Source: an uncultured Defluviitaleaceae bacterium
Lineage (GTDB): Bacteria; Bacillota; Clostridia; Lachnospirales; CAYYRV01
DNA length: 64,000 nt
Direction: 5' to 3'
Assembly (NCBI GenBank): GCA_964474135.1
Contig: CAYYRV010000002.1
Location: 74,473-138,472 of the forward strand
Shown here: positions 37,761 through 46,412 of the stretch, one piece after another
Layout of the letters: each line of letters opens with the position of its first letter
How positions within the stretch are numbered: position 1 is the stretch's first letter
The notes under the pieces: model-generated
Database searches by the model: none
The model's input: only the letters and a program-made list of their open reading frames with translations
Told to the model about the DNA's origin: nothing
Translations under genes and position numbers: made by a program

Positions 37761-38881
37761 TTATTTTAAATAATGAATATGAAAAAAAACAATATTTGAT
37801 TCCTTACAATTTGCATTTTTTTGATGAAGGTGAAAAAACAGAGCAGGCTACCCAAAGGAAGAAAGAGAAAGCACGTGAGGAAGGTCAAGTTGCAAAGAGC
37901 CAAGAGGTTGGAACTGCTATTTTGCTTGTTGGAGTTTTTTCTGGATTGAAAGTTTTTTCTGGAGGAATGTTTGAAAATATGCTATCTATTTATAGATACA
38001 GTTTCAGCTTACTCACAGAATTTGATAATTATTTCAATGAAACTTTTATAACAGGGCTTATAGCATATATGTTTTCTCAAATTTTACTTATCTCTACTCC
38101 TATTTTGGCAATTGCACTTGGCTTGGGAATTTTTTCAAATGTCATACAGGTAGGTTGGCATCCTACATCAAAGCCATTAATGCCTAAATTTTCAAAGCTT
38201 GACCCTATAAAGGGTTTCAAAAGAATTTTTTCAATGAGGGCTTTGGTAGACTTAGTTAAAGCTCTAGCAAAGTTTATCGTAATTTGTATAGCTATTTATA
38301 TTATGGTTAAAGATGAGATTCAGATTATACCTCAGCTGCCTAGAATGGAACTTTTAGAGGGAGTTCAGTATGTTGGTAATTTAATAGTTAGCCTAGGCTT
38401 AAACATTGGTATTTTGTTTGTTTTTATTGCACTAGCAGACTATATTTATAATAGATATAAACACGGAAAAGATTTGAGAATGTCAAAGCAAGAAGTAAAA
38501 GAGGAATATAAGCAAGTTGAAGGTAATCCTTTGATAAAAGGCAAAATCCGCCAAAGAATGAGAGAAGCTTCCATGCGTAGGATGATGCAAGAGGTTCCGA
38601 AAGCAGACGTTATTATTACAAACCCGACGCATTATGCTGTTGCTCTTAAATATGACAAAGATAAGGGTGAAGCACCTATTGTTATTGCTAAAGGTGTTGA
38701 CTTTTTAGCAAAAAAAATAAAGGAAAAAGCAAAAGAAAACAAAGTTGAAATATTTGAAGATGTGCAGCTTGCAAGAACACTTTATGCTACTGTTGATATA
38801 GGTAAAGAGATACCTCCAGAATTATATCAGGCGGTTGCTGAAGTTTTAGCCTTTGTTTACAAATTAAGGAATAGGTTGTAA
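37757..38881 (+). CDS. flhB: Flagellar export apparatus protein FlhB
   Basis: NPTH autocleavage site (ITNPTHYAVAL). Confidence 0.95.
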   Translation: MIILNNEYEKKQYLIPYNLHFFDEGEKTEQATQRKKEKAREEGQVAKSQEVGTAILLVGVFSGLKVFSGGMFENMLSIYRYSFSLLTEFDNYFNETFITGLIAYMFSQILLISTPILAIALGLGIFSNVIQVGWHPTSKPLMPKFSKLDPIKGFKRIFSMRALVDLVKALAKFIVICIAIYIMVKDEIQIIPQLPRMELLEGVQYVGNLIVSLGLNIGILFVFIALADYIYNRYKHGKDLRMSKQEVKEEYKQVEGNPLIKGKIRQRMREASMRRMMQEVPKADVIITNPTHYAVALKYDKDKGEAPIVIAKGVDFLAKKIKEKAKENKVEIFEDVQLARTLYATVDIGKEIPPELYQAVAEVLAFVYKLRNRL

Positions 38882-38890
38882 AAAGATACT

Positions 38891-39052
38891 GGGGAGGAAA
38901 CTTTTGAAAAAGTTTCCTCCCCAAACCCCTCCTTTAAAACTTTTATCGGAAACGCTGTGCGTTTCCTTGCTGCTTCTTTTGTCTCTTATCTAAGTACAAA
39001 ATTAAAGTTTTTTGAAGGGTTTGGGAGACTTTTTTCAAAAAAGTCTCCTAAG
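38891..39052. repeat. Inverted pair of family-1 units (38891-38944 reverse, 39004-39052 forward) flanking hairpin module X (38948-38966)
   Basis: GGGGAGGAAAC...GTTTCCTCCCCAAACCCCTCCTTTAAAACTTTT, then GGAAACGC-TGT-GCGTTTCC, then AAAGTTTTTTGAAGGGTTTGGGAGAC...GTCTCC. Confidence 0.85.
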
Positions 39053-39061
39053 GTCGTTAAT

Positions 39062-40234
39062 TTATTCTACTGAATAATCATCAAAATAACCTTTAATTAA
39101 AATAACAGGTGTTCCCTTGTCACCGCTTCCGCTAATTAAGTCGGATAAGCTTCCCAATAAATCAGCGTATTTACGAGGTGTTGTTCCTTCGTCATATTGT
39201 GTACTGTCTGCTTTTTTATCTTTAATCATTTTTGTGATAGCTTCTTGTTTTTCCTCACCGCTTAAATGATTGAAAACATTATCAGCAACATATTTGAGTT
39301 TAATTTCTTTTGGTTGTCCACCTAATTTTTCTGAATATGCAGGCGATACTACAGGGTCGGCTAATTCCCAAATACCGCATATAGGGTCTTTAAATGCTCC
39401 GTCTCCATATACTAATACTTCAGGTGTAAATCCAATTTTTTCAGAAAATAATTTCTGTACTTTATCAACAAATTTATCACAGTCTCTTGGGAATAACTTT
39501 AATGAGTTTTCTGTAGAAATATTTGAACCTAAAACACCATAGTCAGAATTAAACCCGCTCTCTCCAATAGGTGATGATAATATATCAGACAAAGTATATA
39601 CATTTTTTGCTCCCGCTTTTAGAAGTCGTCTTTTTGTAACAAAACGATTGTGTATTTCTGCTACAATTACGTTTTCTGTAAGTTTTAAAATATCTCTTGG
39701 GTCTTTTGACAAATACACCTCAATATTATCGCCAATAGATTCATAAAGAGAAATGTAGTCCATTTTTGTAAAGGGATGAACATAGTTTGATGTTATTTCT
39801 TTAAATTTATTTGCAGGGATTGGGCTATTTGAAAGTTGTTCTTCAACATCATCAATTATATCCACGTCCATAATAGGATTTCCTACTTCGTCAGAAGGAT
39901 ATTGAAGAAGAACAAAAACCTTTTTAGCACCTTTCGCAATACCTTTTAAAATATTTAAAAATCTGTTTCTACTAAGAATAGGGAAAACTACTCCAACAAC
40001 TCCATCAGGAAATTTATTTTTTATATCAGTTCCTATATCATCTATGCTTGCGAAATTGCCTTGTGATTTTGCAACAATTGATTCAGTAACTGCAACAACG
40101 TCTGTATTTTTAAATGTTATACCTTCAGCCTCACATGCTTTTGTTACGGATTCAACAACAATTTCCGCTAAATTATCGCCTTTGCTTATTATCGGTAATC
40201 TAATACCTGTTGCTTGAGTTCCTGTTAATCTCAT
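39062..40234 (-). CDS. F420-0:gamma-glutamyl ligase (CofE)-like family protein, long form; true substrate unknown
   Basis: N-terminal pattern IRLPIISKGDNLAEIV...VVAVTESIVAKSQG resembles the CofE/F420-ligase fold. Family assignment is from memory only. Confidence 0.45.
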   Translation of the reverse strand: MRLTGTQATGIRLPIISKGDNLAEIVVESVTKACEAEGITFKNTDVVAVTESIVAKSQGNFASIDDIGTDIKNKFPDGVVGVVFPILSRNRFLNILKGIAKGAKKVFVLLQYPSDEVGNPIMDVDIIDDVEEQLSNSPIPANKFKEITSNYVHPFTKMDYISLYESIGDNIEVYLSKDPRDILKLTENVIVAEIHNRFVTKRRLLKAGAKNVYTLSDILSSPIGESGFNSDYGVLGSNISTENSLKLFPRDCDKFVDKVQKLFSEKIGFTPEVLVYGDGAFKDPICGIWELADPVVSPAYSEKLGGQPKEIKLKYVADNVFNHLSGEEKQEAITKMIKDKKADSTQYDEGTTPRKYADLLGSLSDLISGSGDKGTPVILIKGYFDDYSVE

Positions 40235-40366
40235 AATTATGTCCTCCCAAAATAATATATTTATTATTGATTTTTCACATTGTTTTTATTATAATAAATT
40301 AAATTTTATAAGTAAAATTGATATTTTTTATGAATAATATAATAATATCTTATAGGGAGTGGCTAT

Positions 40367-41257
40367 ATGGGATTTGATGTTTCACTGGATTTATATAAAA
40401 TTTTCTGCACAGTTGTAGAGACTGGAAATATGTCCTCTGCGGCGAAAGAAATGTATATATCTCAACCAGCTGTAAGTATGGCTATGCGTCAGCTAGAGGA
40501 CAAGCTAGGAAAACCTCTTTTGTTGCGTTCGTCAAAGGGGATTAAGACAACTGTTGAAGGTAGTATTTTATATGAGTATTTGCGACAGGCTTTAAGCTTG
40601 ATTGATACAGCCGAAAAAAAATATTTGGAAATGGCTAACTTAGAAATAGGAGAAATAAAGATTGGGGCAGGTGACACAATTTCATTACAATATTTGACAC
40701 CATATATTGAAAAATTTGTATCACTTTATCCTAATATTAATATAAAGGTGACTAACCGTACTACTAATGAAACACTTAATCTTTTAAAATCAGGATTGGT
40801 TGACGTTGCTTTTGTAAATTTGCCTATTGAGAAGGATAATAGTTTTGATATAGTTGAATGTTTGGAGATACATGATTGCCTTATAGGTGGCTCAAAGTAT
40901 GCAAATTTAAAAGATACTGGAGTTAAATTAAAAGAGCTTAATAATTATCCATTAATGGCACTTGAGAATGCTAGTAATTCAAGGACATATTTTAATAAAT
41001 TTGCACAAGAAAACGGGGTTATTCTACAGCCTAATATTGAGTTGGGTAGCAGTGAGTTGCTAGTTAAATTTGCACAAATAAATATGGGTATTGCTTTAGT
41101 AATAAAAGAATTTACAGAAAAAGAAATTGATAATGAAATGCTTTTTGAAATACCTATTTTGCCTAGTATTCCTTCTAGACATATAGGTTTGGCTAAATTA
41201 AAAGATGTTACATTATCTTATGCAGGAAGCAAATTTGCACAATTATTATTAGAGTAA
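40367..41257 (+). CDS. LysR-family transcriptional regulator
   Basis: N-terminal wHTH (SAAKEMYISQPAVSMAMRQLE) plus a LysR substrate-binding domain. Divergent from the CofE-like gene. Confidence 0.85.
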   Translation: MGFDVSLDLYKIFCTVVETGNMSSAAKEMYISQPAVSMAMRQLEDKLGKPLLLRSSKGIKTTVEGSILYEYLRQALSLIDTAEKKYLEMANLEIGEIKIGAGDTISLQYLTPYIEKFVSLYPNINIKVTNRTTNETLNLLKSGLVDVAFVNLPIEKDNSFDIVECLEIHDCLIGGSKYANLKDTGVKLKELNNYPLMALENASNSRTYFNKFAQENGVILQPNIELGSSELLVKFAQINMGIALVIKEFTEKEIDNEMLFEIPILPSIPSRHIGLAKLKDVTLSYAGSKFAQLLLE

Positions 41258-41309
41258 TTATTATTTTTGCTAAATATATATGAATGTATAACCAAGAAAA
41301 ACCTAAAAT

Positions 41310-41358
41310 AAAGCTTTTTGAAGGGTTTGGGAAACTTTTTCTCGAAAAAGTTTCCCAA
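41310..41358 (+). repeat. Family-1 stem-loop repeat, forward, upstream of sbcD
   Basis: AAAGCTTTTTGAAGGGTTTGGGAAACTTTTTCTCGAAAAAGTTTCCCAA. Confidence 0.85.
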
Positions 41359-41398
41359 TATCTTTGTTAAAAAAATAATATTATCAAGGAGGGAATTT

Positions 41399-42601
41399 AT
41401 GAAAATATTACATACATCAGACTGGCACCTAGGAAAATATTTGGAGAATAGAAGCAGAATAGATGAACAAATAGAGTTTATCGAAGAATTGGACGAAATT
41501 GCAGAGGAAGAAAAAATTGATATTATTATTATTTCAGGAGATGTTTATGATACTATAAACCCTCCTGCCTTTGCAGAAAGACTTTTTTTTAAAAGTATGA
41601 AAAAATTAACAAAAGGTGGAAAACGTATAGTTTTAGTAATAGCCGGAAACCACGATAGCCCAGAAAGATTAACAGCTTCCAGCACATTATTAATAGAACT
41701 TGGAATAATATTAATAGGAACGCCAAAAACTGTTGTGCCTATAGGAGAATATGAGAACTTTAGTATAGTTGATTCAGGTGAAGGCTTTATAGAGTTTTTG
41801 AAAAACGGTGAAAAAGCTGTAATACTTACAATGCCTTACCCTAGTGAAAAAAGATTAAATGAAATTATTTCGGAAAATGATACAGAACAAGTTGCACAAA
41901 AAGCTTATTCAGAAAAAATAGGTGAAATTTTTAAAAATTTGGAGTCTAAATTTAGAGAAGATACTATAAATATAGCTGTGGGGCATTTTTATGTTATAGG
42001 AGGAGAAACAAGCAAGTCTGAAAGAGATATTACTTTAGGGGGTAGCTATGCTGTGAATGGGGAGCATCTTCCTAATGCTCAATATATTGCAATGGGACAT
42101 TTACACCGTCCGCAAAAAATAAGCTGTAATTGCAAAAATGCATATTATTCGGGTTCACCTATTCAATATAGTAAAAGTGAGGCAAATTACCCTAAATGCG
42201 TTTATATAGTACATATTAAAGCAGGTGAAGAACCTGTTGTAATAAAAAAATATTTGAGGAATTATAAACCTATAGAGATTTGGCAAATGAAAAATGTAGA
42301 GCAAGCTTTGGAAAAATGCAGACAAACAGTAGATGATAATTCATGGGTTTTTATGGAGATAGAAACTGATAAGCCTCTTTTGCAGTGTGATATAAAAGAA
42401 ATGCGAAGGCTTAGAAAAGATATTATAGAAATTTACCCTAAACTATTGATAGAAAATATTGAAGCTAATGTTGAAGTTATGAAAGAGAAAACATTATCCG
42501 AGGAATTTCTAGATTTTTATTTATCGGAGAGAAAGTTGAATGCTATAGAGGATACATTGAAAATATTTTTAGAGATTTGTGGAAAGGAGGAATTGCTATG
42601 A
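41399..42601 (+). CDS. sbcD: Exonuclease SbcCD, nuclease subunit D
   Basis: MKILHTSDWHLGK, GNHD. Start moved from TTG 41318 (which reads through the repeat) to ATG 41399, after an AAGGAGGG SD. Confidence 0.9.
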   Translation: MKILHTSDWHLGKYLENRSRIDEQIEFIEELDEIAEEEKIDIIIISGDVYDTINPPAFAERLFFKSMKKLTKGGKRIVLVIAGNHDSPERLTASSTLLIELGIILIGTPKTVVPIGEYENFSIVDSGEGFIEFLKNGEKAVILTMPYPSEKRLNEIISENDTEQVAQKAYSEKIGEIFKNLESKFREDTINIAVGHFYVIGGETSKSERDITLGGSYAVNGEHLPNAQYIAMGHLHRPQKISCNCKNAYYSGSPIQYSKSEANYPKCVYIVHIKAGEEPVVIKKYLRNYKPIEIWQMKNVEQALEKCRQTVDDNSWVFMEIETDKPLLQCDIKEMRRLRKDIIEIYPKLLIENIEANVEVMKEKTLSEEFLDFYLSERKLNAIEDTLKIFLEICGKEELL

Positions 42602-45600
42602 AACCGCTTCTTTTAAAAATAAGGGGATTAAACAGTTTTGAAGAGGAACAAGTAATTGATTTTGATAAATTGACATCAAAAGGGCTTTTCGGGATATTTG
42701 GAAGTACAGGGAGTGGAAAATCAACAATAATAGATGCAATTACGATGGCACTGTATGGTCAAATATCTCGCTTTGATGGGGATAAAAGCAAGCAGTGTAT
42801 AAATACAAACTGCGATACAATGCACTTATCTCTAGTATTTAAAGTTATTGATAAAATATATACTGTTGAAAGAAGCTATAAGAAAAATGGAAATTCCATA
42901 CTTTCTACAACGGCAAGGCTTTATGAAAAAGCAGATAATATCGAAAATGTATTAGCTGATAAAACATCTATTGTAAATTCAAAAATTGAAGATTTAATAG
43001 GGCTTAACTATAAAGATTTTTCACGCTCTGTTGTTCTTCCACAAGGAAAGTTTAGTGATTTTCTGTTGCTTATTAATAAAGAAAGAAGTAATATGCTGGA
43101 AAGAATATTTCATCTTGAAAAATATGGTGAAGTGTTATACAGAAAAATAAAAGACGAGTTAAAAGCGATTAATTTAAAAATAAATATAATTGACAATAAT
43201 ATTTCTGTTTTTGGTGAAATATCTAAAGAGATTTTGGAGCGAGAAAAGGCTTTGCTTACAAAGGAACTGCAAGAACTAGGTGAACTAAACAGTCAGTTAA
43301 AGGAAAGTCAGATTTTATTAAAAAAATACAGTCAACTACAAGAAATAAAAAATGAATATGAAGAATATAAAAAAAAGCAACTTGAGTTATTAGAAAAAGC
43401 GACTGATATAGAATTAAAAAAAGATAGACTTGAAAAAGCTAAAAAAGCTGATTTAGTAATACCTTTTTCAACAAGTTTAAATGATACAAACGAAAAAATT
43501 TCCATAATACAAAAGCAAATTAAAGAAATAAAAAATTTTTTTTTAGAAATTGAAAAAAGGCATACTACATTAAAAGAGAAATATGAAAACAGCAAAAAGT
43601 TGAAAGAGGAAAGGTATACAGTTTTGTTAGAAAAGGAAACATCTCTTAAACAAGCAGTACAGGTTTGTGAACAAACGGAAGCATTAGAAAAAGAGCGTAA
43701 AAGTCTTCAAGAACAGTATAAAACTCAAAAAGGAAAATTTGTGATTTTAAATAACGAAAAAACAAATTTAGAAAAAGAAAAAGCTAAAATTACATTAGAA
43801 TTAGAAAATATTTTGGTTTTAAAGAATAAAATAAACATTTCCTCGGAAATAAGAGAGAAATCTGTAGAAGGTTTTAAAATATGGAGTAAAAATAAAGAAT
43901 TAAGTGAAAGATATACGACTTTGAAAGAAAAATATTACAAAGAGCATGAAAATAATGGGCAGTACAAAATTGAGATTAATAAAAATAAAGAAAATATAAT
44001 TGAACTTAATAAAAAGTATGCTAAAATTGAGCAGTTTATTAAGGAGAATTATGAAAAAAATATAATTACACAGGACGATTTAATTAATTTTCAGCAGTCA
44101 CTTTTGGAAGAAAAAAATAGTTATAAAATAAAATGTGAAAAAAATGAAGAATTAAAAGAAATAAAAAAACAAGTTTATAGTTTAAGTAAATTAATAAATG
44201 AAAAAGCAACTAATTTAGATAATGATAAAAATAAGCTTGCCGATAGTGAAAGTGAACTATCAAAATTGTTGGACGAAATAGAACAGCTAAAAATTAAAAA
44301 TTTAGCCTTTAATATTAGTGAGGGATTGGAAGAAAATAGCCCATGCCCTGTATGTGGTTCAAAAAGTCACCCCAAATTAGCAGAGCCCGTTGATTTGCTG
44401 GCTATAAATTCATTAATGGATAAAAAGGAAATAATAATAAAACAAAATAATATTTTATTTGAAAGCATTACAAATGATTCAATTAAACTAGCATCACTTA
44501 AGAGTGATAGAGAAAAGCTTGTCATACAACAGGATTCTATAGAAAAAGAACTATGTAATATAAATTTAGATGAGGAAAATAATAAAATAGCTGAAAGAAC
44601 TAAAGAATTTGAGAATATTAACAATAATATTAAAAAGTTTGAGAATGATAAAAAAAGTAAAGAAATTGAACTCCAAAATCTAAACAATACCATTAATGAA
44701 ATAAATTTAAAAATAGCAGGGCTTACAGAAAGAATTTTAAATTCTGACAAGTTTTTGAATGAAAGTAAAATAGAACTGGATAGTATGGAAAAATCTATAA
44801 AGCAAAATGAGCATTTACTAAATGATATAGTCCAAATATTAGGAAGAGATGATTTTGAAGCTTATACGATTGAAATTAAAAATAATGATAAAAAACGAGA
44901 AGAACTTGAAAAAAATGAGGAAAAAGCTAGAAGTATTATTCAAACAATAACAAATGATATCGAAGTAAAAGCGACAGAGATTTTAGTTATAGAGAAAGGT
45001 ATGGAAAAGATTGTAGTAGTAGGTAATGAAAAAAAAGAGGAGATAGAAAGGCAAAAACAAATTATATCTTCTTTCTCATACAATAAAGAGCCAAAAACGT
45101 ATATTTTAGAAGTACAAAAAGAAATAAAAGAAATTAATAATAACTTTGAGAAAAATAAAGCTGAATTTGAGGTAATAGATAAAGAGTTAAAAAACGTCTC
45201 CGAAAAGGCATTAGAACTGGAAGCAAAGGAAAAAATATTGTTATCTTTGCAAAGTGAACAAACTGAAAAACTTAATCTAATTTGTAAAGAAAACGATATA
45301 ACTACAGTGCAAGTATCTGAATATTTTTTAAAACAAGACATACAAAAAGTATATGAAAATGAAGTATTACTTTATAATAACGAATTTAAAAATATAAATA
45401 GTAATATTATGCGATTACATGATAAAATTAAAGAAGAAGACATAGAAAAAATTGATGAAAAAGTAAATAATTTGAATATTAAAATTTTGGAAATTGATAA
45501 AAATATAGTGCAAAAAAATAAACAGTCTGCTATAATAAAAGTTAGAGTAGATAAGATGAGTGAAGACTTAAACAAAACAGCATTACTATTAGATGAAAAA

Positions 45601-46119
45601 AAGTCACTTACATATAGAGCAAGTATTGTTGAAGACTTAGCAGTCTTATTCGAAGGCAAAAAATTTATTGAGTATATTGCAAAACGACATTTAGGGTATA
45701 TTACATCAGAGGCTTCAAGCAGATTAAAAGATATGACATCAGGGCGATATGCATTAGAACTTGACGAAACAGATTTTATTATACGAGATGATTTTAACGG
45801 AGGGATAAGGCGTTCTCCAAGAACTTTATCAGGAGGAGAAACGTTTATGACCTCGTTATGTTTAGCACTTGCCTTATCATCAAAAATACAACTAAAGAGT
45901 AATGCCCCGTTAGAATTTTTCTTTTTAGATGAAGGATTTGGAACTCTTGACCCTATGCTTTTAGATGTTGTTATGAATTGTTTAGAGCAGCTCCAAACAG
46001 AAAAAATGTCTGTTGGATTGATTTCACACGTTGAGGAGTTAAAAAGCAGAGTTCCTATTAAGCTTATTGTTACCTCTGCTGAGCAAGGTGTTCATGGTAC
46101 TAAAACCGTAATACAATAG
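42598..46119 (+). CDS. sbcC: Exonuclease SbcCD, ATPase subunit C
   Basis: Walker A GSTGSGKST, long coiled coil with CPVCGS zinc hook, C-terminal LSGGE and FFLDEGFG. ATGA overlap with sbcD. Confidence 0.9.
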   Translation: MKPLLLKIRGLNSFEEEQVIDFDKLTSKGLFGIFGSTGSGKSTIIDAITMALYGQISRFDGDKSKQCINTNCDTMHLSLVFKVIDKIYTVERSYKKNGNSILSTTARLYEKADNIENVLADKTSIVNSKIEDLIGLNYKDFSRSVVLPQGKFSDFLLLINKERSNMLERIFHLEKYGEVLYRKIKDELKAINLKINIIDNNISVFGEISKEILEREKALLTKELQELGELNSQLKESQILLKKYSQLQEIKNEYEEYKKKQLELLEKATDIELKKDRLEKAKKADLVIPFSTSLNDTNEKISIIQKQIKEIKNFFLEIEKRHTTLKEKYENSKKLKEERYTVLLEKETSLKQAVQVCEQTEALEKERKSLQEQYKTQKGKFVILNNEKTNLEKEKAKITLELENILVLKNKINISSEIREKSVEGFKIWSKNKELSERYTTLKEKYYKEHENNGQYKIEINKNKENIIELNKKYAKIEQFIKENYEKNIITQDDLINFQQSLLEEKNSYKIKCEKNEELKEIKKQVYSLSKLINEKATNLDNDKNKLADSESELSKLLDEIEQLKIKNLAFNISEGLEENSPCPVCGSKSHPKLAEPVDLLAINSLMDKKEIIIKQNNILFESITNDSIKLASLKSDREKLVIQQDSIEKELCNINLDEENNKIAERTKEFENINNNIKKFENDKKSKEIELQNLNNTINEINLKIAGLTERILNSDKFLNESKIELDSMEKSIKQNEHLLNDIVQILGRDDFEAYTIEIKNNDKKREELEKNEEKARSIIQTITNDIEVKATEILVIEKGMEKIVVVGNEKKEEIERQKQIISSFSYNKEPKTYILEVQKEIKEINNNFEKNKAEFEVIDKELKNVSEKALELEAKEKILLSLQSEQTEKLNLICKENDITTVQVSEYFLKQDIQKVYENEVLLYNNEFKNINSNIMRLHDKIKEEDIEKIDEKVNNLNIKILEIDKNIVQKNKQSAIIKVRVDKMSEDLNKTALLLDEKKSLTYRASIVEDLAVLFEGKKFIEYIAKRHLGYITSEASSRLKDMTSGRYALELDETDFIIRDDFNGGIRRSPRTLSGGETFMTSLCLALALSSKIQLKSNAPLEFFFLDEGFGTLDPMLLDVVMNCLEQLQTEKMSVGLISHVEELKSRVPIKLIVTSAEQGVHGTKTVIQ

Positions 46120-46230
46120 TAGGAATTGTTTCGTATAGAGTTAAAAACTTACTCTCTAGTTTATTTTTTGTGTTTTAACGTAAGTAATAAGAATAAGGTG
46201 CTTTATAACTTACGTATTCGAACCTATATT

Positions 46231-46259
46231 TAATATTTAAGTTACTATTTTGCCGATAT
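46231..46259 (+). promoter_or_regulatory. Candidate sigma-D/FliA-type promoter
   Basis: Perfect -10 GCCGATAT (46252-46259). Weak -35 TAAT with a 17-nt spacer. About 155 nt upstream of ORF 46413. Confidence 0.25.
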
Positions 46260-46412
46260 TGATGTTATGATGTTTATTAAGTAACTACTATTATACATGC
46301 TTTTGAGTATAATTTATTTTGCTTAGTTACAGAGCAACACCAATTTTTGTAAATATGGCAACTTTATATTTAATACATAGGTTCTTATATAAAATAAAAA
46401 TGGAGGTATATT

